From a virus: DNA of 64,000 nt. The notes beneath the pieces are model-generated. The model was not told where the DNA came from. It saw only the letters and a list, made by a program, of their open reading frames with translations, and did not search any database. A program made the translations under genes and the position numbers. This document shows positions 21,778-31,088 of the stretch, piece by piece (positions within the stretch are counted from its first letter, which is position 1; every line of letters begins with the position of its first letter). The DNA is taken from IMG/VR virus record IMGVR_UViG_3300024299_000010, positions 7,276 to 71,275 of that record; one strand, written 5' to 3'.

Positions 21778-21838
21778 TATCCCCAATTTTCCCCGGTGAC
21801 AGATCTATTATACTACACTTTATTACAAATGTCAACCC
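21778..21838 (-). promoter_or_regulatory. Sigma70-like promoter with conserved G-rich leader (copy 1), antisense to gp4
   Basis: TTGACA(21835-21830)-N17-TATAAT(21812-21807)-AGATCTGTCACCGGGGAAAATTGGGGATA; near-identical copy at 44707-44766. Confidence 0.65.
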
Positions 21839-21855
21839 CTACTAGGAAATAAATT

Positions 21856-22449
21856 ATGGCAGATTCGTTATTTGATAAATATGAGAAAGAAGCATTTAGA
21901 TCAGGTATTGCACCACGCACCGCAGAATCACGTAAATGGTTCATGGATAAATTAAAGAACATTAAAGATTTTAATAGAAGATCTATACTAAAAGATCCAA
22001 ATTTAAAGAAGATGAATAGACCAAGAATTGGATCTATGTATATGTTCTTTTATGATCCAAAATTACGTAAGACATTACCTTACTATGATAATTTTCCATT
22101 AGTGGTTATGGTTGCACCCGCTGATGGTGGTTTTTATGGTATCAACTTACATTATGTTCCACCAGTATTAAGGGCAAAGTTATTGGATAGTTTATTAATG
22201 ACTGTTAATAATAAACGTTATGATGAATCTACTAAGATGAAACTGTCTTATGGATTATTATCCTCGGCCGCAAAGTTTAAGTATTTTAAACCTTGTTATA
22301 AAAGATATCTCTTCTCACATATAGAAGCATCAGTGGTACGAGTAGAACCCCCTGAATGGGAACTAGCGACCTTTTTGCCAGTAGCCATGTTTAAGAAAGC
22401 TAAGCAGTCAACAGTTTGGCGTGACTCAAGAAAAACTATCCGAGGATAA
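21856..22449 (+). CDS. gp2: DNA end protector gp2
   Basis: YDPK....LPYYDNFPL, GINLHY and FKPCYKRYL motifs. Confidence 0.9.
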   Translation: MADSLFDKYEKEAFRSGIAPRTAESRKWFMDKLKNIKDFNRRSILKDPNLKKMNRPRIGSMYMFFYDPKLRKTLPYYDNFPLVVMVAPADGGFYGINLHYVPPVLRAKLLDSLLMTVNNKRYDESTKMKLSYGLLSSAAKFKYFKPCYKRYLFSHIEASVVRVEPPEWELATFLPVAMFKKAKQSTVWRDSRKTIRG

Positions 22450-22451
22450 TA

Positions 22452-23378
22452 ATGAAATTCAAGAATCCTATAGCAGATTTATCTGCTCAGATTAATAAAC
22501 ATAAAGGTATAGCAAGAGCAAACTATTTTGCTATAACCTTTTCAGGACCTGCTTCGGTTCAACCCGATACTGTATCAGTAAATGCTTTATGTGAAAGTGT
22601 AACACTTCCTGGAAGAAGTATATCAACTAATGAGTTTGCTCCTGTTGGTGGTCAAATTAAACGACCTTATACATTTATCAATGATGATGTAACACTTACA
22701 TTCTATGTCACAAATGATTTTTATATATACCGTATCTTTGAAAAATGGATGAAACATGTTGTAAATGATGTATCCGGATTTGTTGGATATAGAGATCAAT
22801 ATGCTATGCCAATGACAATATCACAACTTGATCTAAATAACAATGAAATCCATCAAGTGATGTTACATAAGGCATTTCCTATATCAATGGCTATAACACC
22901 ATTAAGTGTTAGTGATGGTGCATTATCTAAGTTAACCATTGTGATGACCTTTGATAATTTTACAACTAAGGGAAGTAACTTTGAGCAGGTTTCATCTACA
23001 GCAGATTTTGGGGATGCATTATCAATACCGAATCCTAACATCGCATCATTACCATATAGTCCATTTGGTGATATCCCAAACCAAGTTGAATTTGATCTAG
23101 ACTCCGTTAAACAGGGTATTCAAACATCATTGGATGATTCGTTGAATTCTACTATTAATGCCATCAAAGAAAATATAACTTCAACTGTCACATCTATAAC
23201 ATCACCTATCTCAGAAGGAGTAAAAGATATATTGGCGGGTGGTAATACTGGTCTTGGTGGTATCACAACACCATCAACAGGAGTTGGGTTTCTTGACGAT
23301 ATTATTGGTGAAGTTAACACAGGAATTACGTCTATAACTAATAGAGCATCAACGGGTTTATCAAACTTGATTGGATAA
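22452..23378 (+). CDS. gp54: Baseplate tail-tube initiator gp54-like
   Basis: ARANYF, LCESVTLPGR and AFPIS tube-fold motifs, plus a low-complexity C-terminal tail. Confidence 0.65.
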   Translation: MKFKNPIADLSAQINKHKGIARANYFAITFSGPASVQPDTVSVNALCESVTLPGRSISTNEFAPVGGQIKRPYTFINDDVTLTFYVTNDFYIYRIFEKWMKHVVNDVSGFVGYRDQYAMPMTISQLDLNNNEIHQVMLHKAFPISMAITPLSVSDGALSKLTIVMTFDNFTTKGSNFEQVSSTADFGDALSIPNPNIASLPYSPFGDIPNQVEFDLDSVKQGIQTSLDDSLNSTINAIKENITSTVTSITSPISEGVKDILAGGNTGLGGITTPSTGVGFLDDIIGEVNTGITSITNRASTGLSNLIG

Positions 23379-23413
23379 AGAATACAATATTATTATTATT
23401 ACAGGAGAATATA

Positions 23414-24118
23414 ATGGCATTACCTAGAATTAATACACCAAAATATACATTGGTTATACCTAGTACACAAGAAGAAATTGAATACAGACCTTACCTAGTC
23501 AAAGAAGAAAAGATTCTTATGATGGGCATTGAAACTAACGATCAAAAGCAAATGATAACAGCATTACGTGATGTCATTTCTGGTTGCACTGACGGCAAAG
23601 TAAATGTTGATAAACTTCCTATGTTTGATATGGAATATATCTTCTTAAAGATTCGTGCTAAATCAGTTGGCGAAATTGCTAAGATTGGTGTCAAATGTAC
23701 TTCATGCGAAACCAAGAATGAAATAGAAATCAATCTAGACAAAGTTAAAGTGTCGGGTGAAATGAAAGGATCTGAGAAGATTCAATTAACAGATGAAATT
23801 GGAATTGTATTAAAATATCCTACCGTGAAGGGTATCAAGCAACAATTATCATCTAAAAATGATGACAGAGATAATGCAATGGGAGCAGTAGTATCTTCTA
23901 TTGAATCTATTTACGATAAAGAAAGTGTATATCTTGCTCAAGATGAAACTCCAGCAAATCTACTAGCATTTCTAGAATCATTAACTTCAACACAATTTGT
24001 GAAGATATCAGAGTATTTTGATGATATGCCAAAACTAAAACATGACATTGACTTCAAATGTGTATCGTGTGGTGAAGATAACTCTGTAGTGTTGGAAGGT
24101 CTACAAAGTTTTTTTTAG
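23414..24118 (+). CDS. gp26: Baseplate hub assembly protein gp26
   Basis: MALP...YRPYLVKEEKIL, FLKIRAKSVGE, two CxxC motifs; ends GLQSFF. Confidence 0.9.
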   Translation: MALPRINTPKYTLVIPSTQEEIEYRPYLVKEEKILMMGIETNDQKQMITALRDVISGCTDGKVNVDKLPMFDMEYIFLKIRAKSVGEIAKIGVKCTSCETKNEIEINLDKVKVSGEMKGSEKIQLTDEIGIVLKYPTVKGIKQQLSSKNDDRDNAMGAVVSSIESIYDKESVYLAQDETPANLLAFLESLTSTQFVKISEYFDDMPKLKHDIDFKCVSCGEDNSVVLEGLQSFF

Positions 24119-24123
24119 TATGC

Positions 24124-24300
24124 ATGTCACATGATTCATTAGAGAATTATTATAAGACTAATTTTTCTCTAATGCAACATCATAAATATTCTTTATCTGA
24201 ATTGGATTCAATGATCCCTTGGGAAAGGGAGATATATCTTATGTTATTAGTACAATATATTAAAGAAGAAAACGACCGAATTAAATCTCAAAACAGGTAA
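24124..24300 (+). CDS. gp51: Baseplate hub assembly catalyst gp51 (58 aa)
   Basis: Not in the track. Manual translation: MSHDSLENYYKTNFSLMQHHKYSLSELDSMIPWEREIYLMLLVQYIKEENDRIKSQNR. Lies in the -1 frame relative to gp26. Confidence 0.85.
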   Translation: MSHDSLENYYKTNFSLMQHHKYSLSELDSMIPWEREIYLMLLVQYIKEENDRIKSQNR

Positions 24301-24306
24301 AAAATA

Positions 24307-27240
24307 ATGGCAAAGGATAATGATATAACAGATGCAATAGAACAACAAACTGAAGCGTTAAAAACTTCTTTGAATGTTGATGCTGTTACATCTGAACTTA
24401 AAAAACTAAATGATGTTTGGAAAGAGGGTGATTCTGAAGTAACAGAAGAAATTCAAGCATCTTCAGTTATGAATGTTAATGCTATGGGTGAATTTGCTAG
24501 AAGGAATGAGGCAGCACTTAAAAAGGCACAGAAGGAAGCAGAAAAAAACAGTCCAATAAATAAATTAACAGAATCTCTAAAGGCACAAAATAAAATATTA
24601 GACACCAATTTGGTTATGGATGGTTTAAGTAAACAACTTGAAGATCTAAATGCTAATACTACAGAGAATTCTAGACAACTTACCAGTCAATTTGCTGATG
24701 TTAGTTCAATATTAGAGAATCCTAGTTCATCTGATGAAGAAAAACAATCTGCTAGTGAAACACTTGCAGCACTTGGTAAATTAGCACAAGGTGAAAAACA
24801 ACGTAGAGAATCTGAAAAGAAATTAAAATCTTTTGAAAATAAATCTTTAGAGAACTTAACTAAAACCCTAGAAGCACAAAATGAGGGATTACAGGTTTCG
24901 TTGTCTAAGGGAGATTTGGGTGCTAAACTTAAAAAACTAAACAAAGATTCAAATGAAAATTCACTTGAACTTGCCAGTCAATTTGCTGATGTTAGTTCAA
25001 TATTAGAGAATCCTAGTTCATCTGATGAAGAAAAGAAATCTGCGAGTGAAACACTAGAAGCACTTGGTAAATTAGCACAAGGTGAAGAACAACGTAGAGA
25101 ATCTGAAAAGAAATTAAAATCACAAGCATCAATATGGAATAAGATTAAAGAAAATACCAAAGGAATGTCTGATGGTTTAAAATCACTTGGTGAAAGTTTA
25201 AAGTCTAAAGGTGGACTGCTTGCAGGTCTTGCTGGGATAGCACTTTTATTATTTAGCCCAGAAACATTCATTAAAATTATAAATGGTGCTATTGATTTTG
25301 TCGTTGATATGTTTAAAGCAATTAATAAAATCGTTGAAGGCGATATTGGCGGTGCTTTAGAGTTGATTTGGAAACATGCAGGAATACTTTCTGGTATAAT
25401 ATTAGGAATTGGTTTGAAGTTTGGTGGTAAAATTATATCAGGATTTAAAGCGTTAAAGGTGGCTGTTACAGCAGTAAGAACTTTTATGCAGATGAAGTGG
25501 TTACCTGAAAGGATAGCAGACTTTAAAGGTTTCTTGAAAGGTCTTACGAAGTTTGCTGGTAAGGGGTGGAACCTTCTTAAAAATGCAATGTCTGCTGCTA
25601 AAGCTTTTATGATGACCAGTTTTATTCCTGGTATGATGGGAATGTTCTCTTCTATAGGTGCTGCTCTTGCTCCTATATTAGCGGCTATTGCTCCAATGTT
25701 AGTACCAGCATTATTGATAGTAGGAGCAGCACTTGCTATTGGATTAGCAATAAAATCATTATATAATGCATTCAATGATGCCTTTAAGACCTTTGAAGAA
25801 ACTGGTTCTATTATGGAAACATTCAAAGCATTTATATCAGGGCTTGGTGCTACAATGATAGGGTACCCAATGGATCTATTAAAAGATGCAATATCTTGGG
25901 TAGCAAGTGCTTTCGGTTTTGATGATGTTTCTAAATCTCTTGATTCGTTTAGTTTTCAGGATATCATTAAAAATGGTATTGGCAACGCATTTGATTGGTT
26001 TGGTAATATATTTGCATCAATAGGAACCTCTATATCGAACTTTTTTAGTCCTATAATAGAATCATTTTCAAATATATTTCAAAATATAGGAACACTGATA
26101 AGTGAACTTCCCGCTAAAATTTATGGGTTTATACCAGATTTAATTAAAGACTTGGTTTCTTGGGTTGCTAGTGCATTAGGTTTTGAGAAATTTTCTGAAT
26201 TATTAGATTCGTTTAGTTTCACTGATATATTCCAGAATGTTGTAGATACGATATTGGATACCATTAGTGGATTAATGGATAGTGTTGTATCATTTATCAC
26301 ATCGGTTTTTGATTTTGATTTTATTGGAGCATTAACAAAAGCCATACCAGGTTTTGGTAAACTTGCTAGTTTTCTAGGTTTCGGATCTACAGAAACTAAA
26401 GTAACAGAAAAAAAGAAAGAAGAAAAGAAAACTGAACCATTGTCAAAGGAGGAAAAACTATCTAATGACAGAGCTAATGGATTCAGAGGAGAAGGAAAGA
26501 GAAATTCTAACGATAGAAGGAAAGAGAGTAAACGTGTAAGAGACGATCAAGCAAAACAACTTAAAGATGCTGGTGTAAAAGACGGAAAATTCCTTGCTGG
26601 TCAACTGGTAATCGAAGGAAAGGAATTAACTAAAAATCAAAAGATAGCAAAGGCTAGAAACGATGCACGTGATAAAGCAGAAGCAGAAAAGGTTGCATTA
26701 TTAACACCAGAAGAAAAGGAATCCTACGAATTTACTAAAGAAAATCCTTTTGATGGTGGGTTTACCATGCCTAAAGATATGGATTCTCGTGTTAAAGCTA
26801 AAAATGCTGCTGAGTTGGCTAAAACTGAAAAATGGGGAAACAAACATTATAGGAAAGAAAACGCTAAAAAGGAACCGCTTGATTCTACAGTAACAGATAA
26901 ATCAACCGAAAAATCTGCATCTTTAGTTAAAGAATCCCCTGAAAAGGAAAGTGGTGGTATCTTATCAAGTATCGGTAATTTCTTTAGTAGTAGTAGTAGT
27001 GATGAACCTGTGGTTGAAAAGTTAGAAACACCTGACTCTGGAGTATATACAAGAACCAATGAAAATATCAATGAAAAAGCAGAAGCAGATAAAGAAAGTA
27101 ACAATATCGTTGTTGCTCCAGGTGGTTGGACTTCAAATAGTAATGCTACTACTAATGTGACAAATTCATCCACCGTTGTTTCTAGTGGAATTACTCCAGA
27201 TGATATGGTGAAATTGTCGTTTATGAACACTGGATATTAG
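24307..27240 (+). CDS. Tape measure / hub protein gp29-like
   Basis: 977 aa; helical N-terminus, hydrophobic Gly/Ala-rich centre; follows gp26-gp51. Confidence 0.75.
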   Translation: MAKDNDITDAIEQQTEALKTSLNVDAVTSELKKLNDVWKEGDSEVTEEIQASSVMNVNAMGEFARRNEAALKKAQKEAEKNSPINKLTESLKAQNKILDTNLVMDGLSKQLEDLNANTTENSRQLTSQFADVSSILENPSSSDEEKQSASETLAALGKLAQGEKQRRESEKKLKSFENKSLENLTKTLEAQNEGLQVSLSKGDLGAKLKKLNKDSNENSLELASQFADVSSILENPSSSDEEKKSASETLEALGKLAQGEEQRRESEKKLKSQASIWNKIKENTKGMSDGLKSLGESLKSKGGLLAGLAGIALLLFSPETFIKIINGAIDFVVDMFKAINKIVEGDIGGALELIWKHAGILSGIILGIGLKFGGKIISGFKALKVAVTAVRTFMQMKWLPERIADFKGFLKGLTKFAGKGWNLLKNAMSAAKAFMMTSFIPGMMGMFSSIGAALAPILAAIAPMLVPALLIVGAALAIGLAIKSLYNAFNDAFKTFEETGSIMETFKAFISGLGATMIGYPMDLLKDAISWVASAFGFDDVSKSLDSFSFQDIIKNGIGNAFDWFGNIFASIGTSISNFFSPIIESFSNIFQNIGTLISELPAKIYGFIPDLIKDLVSWVASALGFEKFSELLDSFSFTDIFQNVVDTILDTISGLMDSVVSFITSVFDFDFIGALTKAIPGFGKLASFLGFGSTETKVTEKKKEEKKTEPLSKEEKLSNDRANGFRGEGKRNSNDRRKESKRVRDDQAKQLKDAGVKDGKFLAGQLVIEGKELTKNQKIAKARNDARDKAEAEKVALLTPEEKESYEFTKENPFDGGFTMPKDMDSRVKAKNAAELAKTEKWGNKHYRKENAKKEPLDSTVTDKSTEKSASLVKESPEKESGGILSSIGNFFSSSSSDEPVVEKLETPDSGVYTRTNENINEKAEADKESNNIVVAPGGWTSNSNATTNVTNSSTVVSSGITPDDMVKLSFMNTGY
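24683..25121 (+). repeat. Internal direct duplication in the tape measure gene
   Basis: ~148 bp near-identical copies at 24683-24830 and 24974-25121 (SQFADVSSILENPSSSDEEK...RRESEKKLKS); period 291 nt. Confidence 0.9.
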
Positions 27241-27242
27241 AA

Positions 27243-27275
27243 AGAAAAAAAAGGGGACAATTAAGTCCCCTTTCT
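27243..27275. terminator. Intrinsic terminator between convergent genes
   Basis: AAAGGGGAC-aattaa-GTCCCCTTT hairpin; the upstream A-run gives a U-tract on the minus strand. Confidence 0.8.
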
Positions 27276-27296
27276 ACTATACCTTGTTATCTATCT

Positions 27297-28199
27297 CTAA
27301 CTACCACCATCACCTGATGCTAGTTTTTGAAAGTAACTCATTGTTTCATCCTCTGCTTCCTCAGCAACAGATGCTGTTGGTTTAGCGAACTCTGTTTTGA
27401 AACTGGGTTGTGTTGCAGTTTCATCTAATGAAATAGATTCTGCTGTTGATCTTGTAGCACCCTCTTCACCCAAGACTCTTGCTAGTTTCGCTTTCAATTC
27501 ATCATACGATTTATAGTTTGCTGGATCTGTAAACTCTCCTAATTTATATAACCCATTATAGATTACTTCAAGTTTAGCATCATCTTCATTAAACACAGAT
27601 GCTGCCGAAAACTCTGATTTATCATAGTTACGATATCCCGCAACTTGTTGAATCTTCAACTTGAAATCTGCACCTTCCCAGAAATCGAATGGGTTTAGTG
27701 GTGTTTCATCCGCAAATTGTGGTTGCATAACATCCATAACTTTGTCGAAAATCTTTTTACCATATTTGTATAAGAATATTTTACCTTCGTTAGCGGGGTT
27801 ACCTGGATCAGAAACAATCATGATATTAGACATATAATGTAAACGTCTTTTACGATCACGAGCAATTGCTTTATCTTCATCACGACCAGTATTCCATAAG
27901 ATTGTATTTGCTTCTGAAACTGGATCTTGTTGACCAATTGATGTTAATGAATTCTCGATATACCATTGACCAGATGGACCTTTGAACCCATGATCAAAAT
28001 AACTTACCCAAGGGAGATCTTCACCTTCAGGTGCTGGTAGAAATCTAAATACTGCATAACCATTACCAGCTTTATCAACTGTTGGTTTCCAAAGTCTATC
28101 ATCCGCATAGTTTTTCTTTTCACCACCACCAGCAGCTTCTGCTGCTTTAGTTAATGATGATATATTAGCACGGTTTCTTTTTAATGAATCAAACGACAT
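27297..28199 (-). CDS. gp32: Single-stranded DNA-binding protein gp32
   Basis: DDRLWKP..DKAGNGYAVFRFLPA and NPFDFWEGADFKLKI...GYRNYDKSEF motifs; acidic tail. Confidence 0.95.
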   Translation of the reverse strand: MSFDSLKRNRANISSLTKAAEAAGGGEKKNYADDRLWKPTVDKAGNGYAVFRFLPAPEGEDLPWVSYFDHGFKGPSGQWYIENSLTSIGQQDPVSEANTILWNTGRDEDKAIARDRKRRLHYMSNIMIVSDPGNPANEGKIFLYKYGKKIFDKVMDVMQPQFADETPLNPFDFWEGADFKLKIQQVAGYRNYDKSEFSAASVFNEDDAKLEVIYNGLYKLGEFTDPANYKSYDELKAKLARVLGEEGATRSTAESISLDETATQPSFKTEFAKPTASVAEEAEDETMSYFQKLASGDGGS

Positions 28200-28215
28200 A
28201 TTATTTTCCTTTTAT

Positions 28216-28271
28216 ATTTACTGAATTATTTACTGAATTATTTACTGAATTATTTGTAACACTGAATTATT
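28216..28271 (-). repeat. 12-bp tandem repeat in the gp32 leader (putative autogenous operator)
   Basis: ATTTACTGAATT x3 plus one degenerate copy immediately upstream of the gp32 RBS. Confidence 0.7.
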
Positions 28272-28321
28272 CACACATACTGCATCTAAATTTACCTCCT
28301 CTGTCTACTAACTAAAATACT

Positions 28322-28350
28322 ATTATACTATACAGTAGTAAGATTGTCAA
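28322..28350 (-). promoter_or_regulatory. Sigma70-like early promoter for gp32
   Basis: TTGACA-N17-TATAAT. Confidence 0.7.
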
Positions 28351-28372
28351 CACTTATTTTCACTTCTTTCTC

Positions 28373-28508
28373 TAAATTTCAATTTGTATAAATAACACTA
28401 TAGAAAGACTATTATATAACAATAATCACTTTTTGTCAAGCAATAAAAATGCCAATCACGATGCTCGAACATCTATTGGCTCTAATCATTCTACAGTAAG
28501 GAACTACC
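28373..28508 (+). promoter_or_regulatory. Homing endonuclease leader cassette (late promoter, outward sigma70 promoter, conserved stem-loop)
   Basis: TATAAATA at 28387-28394; minus-strand TTGACA-N17-TATAAT at 28439-28411; stem-loop at 28451-28480; homologous to 42574-42707. Confidence 0.7.
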
Positions 28509-29084
28509 ATGACCAGCACAACTATTTATACACCAATCACTCCAACATTTCTTTATATCAAGCAACACTCCATAACTGGTAAGAAATACTTTGGTAAAAC
28601 TACTAGAGATCCCTATACATATCCAGGATCAGGGTTACATTGGAAACGACATATCAAAAAGCATGGTAAAGAATTCGTTGAAACCCTTTGGGTATCTGAA
28701 CCATATTACGACACCAACATCACAGAAATTGCACTACAGTTATCTATTGAAAACAACATAGTAGAATCCAATCTTTGGGCAAATCTCATTCTTGAAAATG
28801 GTCTTGATGGTGGATTTGGTAATACAGGCAAGAAACATTCCGAAGAATCTAAAGCCAAGATATCTGATGCTAATACTGGCAGTAAACGCTCTGACGAAAC
28901 CAAAGCAAAGATGTCTGCTGCTAAAAATCATATATCTGACGAAACTAGAGCAAAGTTGTCAGCTGCTAATAAAGGTGTTGCTCAAGAAATAGTCCATTGC
29001 CCACACTGTTCCAAAAGTGGGGGCCTTAGCCTTATGAAAAGATGGCATTTCGACAACTGCAAATCTAAGATTTCATCGCTATGA
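28509..29084 (+). mobile_element. Free-standing homing endonuclease (GIY-YIG-like plus NUMOD3-like repeats)
   Basis: FLYIKQHSITGKKYFGKT...YPGSG..W..H, HSEESKAKIS repeats, C-terminal CPHC; antisense insertion between gp59 and gp32. Confidence 0.8.
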
Positions 29085-29666
29085 CGAGAAAACTTTAAGT
29101 ATAATATTTTTAAATTTATTATTATCAATATTGATGAATGATCCGTACTTACGAATCTTCCTTGATATATCTGGCCACACAATGGTTTCTGTAATCTCTT
29201 TATCTGCTTTAGATAAAAACTTTGTTATGTGATTTAGTATCACTACAGTTTCAATTGATATCTCTTCTGATATCAAAGATGTTATCACAACAGGATGTCC
29301 GTTAGAACAATCAAATAATTTATCAAATGATCCTGCCGTGCTTTCAAGTTTACATATATCCTGTTCAAAGTTATATGCTAATGATTGTGTTCTCCTTTGC
29401 CAATCTTTAAACACTGCTTCATCGTTTATCATATCACCTATCCATTTGTTATCAGCAACAAACTGTGAAGCATAATAACCAATCAAATCATCTGTATCAT
29501 CAAATTGCTTTCCTATCTTAGCAAAGAAATATTTATCCTTCCTCTTCCAGAATGTTTCTGGTTTTGTTGAGGTCTTGAAGTGATACTTAATACAATCATA
29601 CGAGTCAGAGTCGAAATGTAACTTTATAGATTGATATAACCTGAACGATGTAAATGGTTCGATCAT
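29079..29666 (-). CDS. gp59: Helicase loader gp59
   Basis: YQSIKLHF..DSYD..KY...F.KRKDKYFF motif. Confidence 0.85.
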   Translation of the reverse strand: MIEPFTSFRLYQSIKLHFDSDSYDCIKYHFKTSTKPETFWKRKDKYFFAKIGKQFDDTDDLIGYYASQFVADNKWIGDMINDEAVFKDWQRRTQSLAYNFEQDICKLESTAGSFDKLFDCSNGHPVVITSLISEEISIETVVILNHITKFLSKADKEITETIVWPDISRKIRKYGSFINIDNNKFKNIILKVFSS

Positions 29667-29947
29667 AAAGGTAGAATGTGAGAATTGGATCTAAGTAATC
29701 TATTAGAAACTGCTTCTGCTTCAATCTTGTGTAATAAAGATGGTGTAATCAATTTAGAAATCTCTGTGATCTCATACTCTAACTCATCACAGATATAAAC
29801 ACACGCAGCAATATAATCATATCCTTTTAAGATTTTCTCTTCTACCATATAAGAGAATTCCTTTGGTGTTAATGGTATCAATTCTAAATCTTTTTCAATC
29901 TGCTCAACCATATTTGTAGACATATTAAACATCATCATATTATGCAA
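29663..29947 (-). CDS. gp33: Late transcription coactivator gp33
   Basis: FS.MVE, YIAACV..CD and ISKLITPSLLHKIEAEA motifs; synteny with gp59. Confidence 0.8.
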   Translation of the reverse strand: MHNMMMFNMSTNMVEQIEKDLELIPLTPKEFSYMVEEKILKGYDYIAACVYICDELEYEITEISKLITPSLLHKIEAEAVSNRLLRSNSHILPL

Positions 29948-31088
29948 ACACCCTTAAAATTATAGTATCGGAATTAATTCTACCATTTGGAACACTAACC
30001 TTTGTTGTCAATAATTTCCATGCAGTATCAATTTGTTTAATTGTTTTCTTTTGTGCAATTGTTAAGAACTCTTCCGGTTTCCTTAACTTAGTTTTCCTTG
30101 ACACATCACTCACGTTCTGTAATGTTGTACCCTTAACTTCAAACCCCTTAGAGGACGTAGAAACATATTCTGATATTTCACGAGTCTTAGAGTTGAATAC
30201 AAACAATCTCATTGCACCAATGATGGAACTAACTTGGATAGATGATATTTTAAATTCCAAACTCTCTTTTTGATATTTAAGTTTCTCCAATTGTTTGCTA
30301 ACCGATTTAGGTTTTACCACTCTAGTTTTACGAACTGCCTTAGATGCTGATAATACTTTATCCAAATCCCCTAACATTACGTTAATAATATCAATTCTCT
30401 TTCTGATAATTCTTCTTATAATATGTGAATACCCTTCAACAGCTTGTTCACATGTATTATTAAAGGCATCTGAATATTCAGATAACCAAGTCATAAGTCT
30501 TGCTCTTACAGGAGGCACAGATGCTCCAGTTAAACCATGACCCTTAAATGCTGTATATAGATCTAGTTTAGATACATCCTTTTTATTATCAATCCAAGAA
30601 TCTTCTATAGTGTCTAGATCAATCATCACGGTTTTATTGATTTTATTCAATAGTCTTTCTTTAGGACTTATTACAATAATAGGTTTTGCATCAATAGTAG
30701 TTTCTTTGATAAGGGATTTACCTTTTATTATAGATGAGATTAAAAAGTTTGATATCGCTTTATCACCATCATAAAATATTTCAATATCCTTTGTGCCGTT
30801 TTTAACTGTTCTTGGTTTAAATGTATTACTCAAAGCATATTTCCAATGGATACAAGCTGCAATATGAGTATTCATGGTGAATACATATTCGGGACATGCT
30901 GAAATATATTTTTGATCTTCCTTAGAACAGGTTTGATGGATATAATCTTTTATAATAGTTGATATCACTTTCTTATCAATATCGGTATGAATATACCTTT
31001 TAAATTTTTCAAAGGTATCGGTAGGAGCACCCGCTAAACCAGTTTTGATTCTGGTAACAACCTTTTTCTTCTTTTTAACAATAGCCAT
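29940..31088 (-). CDS. Conserved hypothetical T4-like phage protein
   Basis: 382 aa, basic; GFEVKGTTL...KLRKPE...NGRIN C-terminus. Confidence 0.6.
   Translation of the reverse strand: MAIVKKKKKVVTRIKTGLAGAPTDTFEKFKRYIHTDIDKKVISTIIKDYIHQTCSKEDQKYISACPEYVFTMNTHIAACIHWKYALSNTFKPRTVKNGTKDIEIFYDGDKAISNFLISSIIKGKSLIKETTIDAKPIIVISPKERLLNKINKTVMIDLDTIEDSWIDNKKDVSKLDLYTAFKGHGLTGASVPPVRARLMTWLSEYSDAFNNTCEQAVEGYSHIIRRIIRKRIDIINVMLGDLDKVLSASKAVRKTRVVKPKSVSKQLEKLKYQKESLEFKISSIQVSSIIGAMRLFVFNSKTREISEYVSTSSKGFEVKGTTLQNVSDVSRKTKLRKPEEFLTIAQKKTIKQIDTAWKLLTTKVSVPNGRINSDTIILRVFA

Noticed and set aside
28216-28271. Tandem repeats as a possible mini-CRISPR array
   Set aside because: The 12-bp units are contiguous with no spacers and no cas genes; the position fits a gp32 operator.
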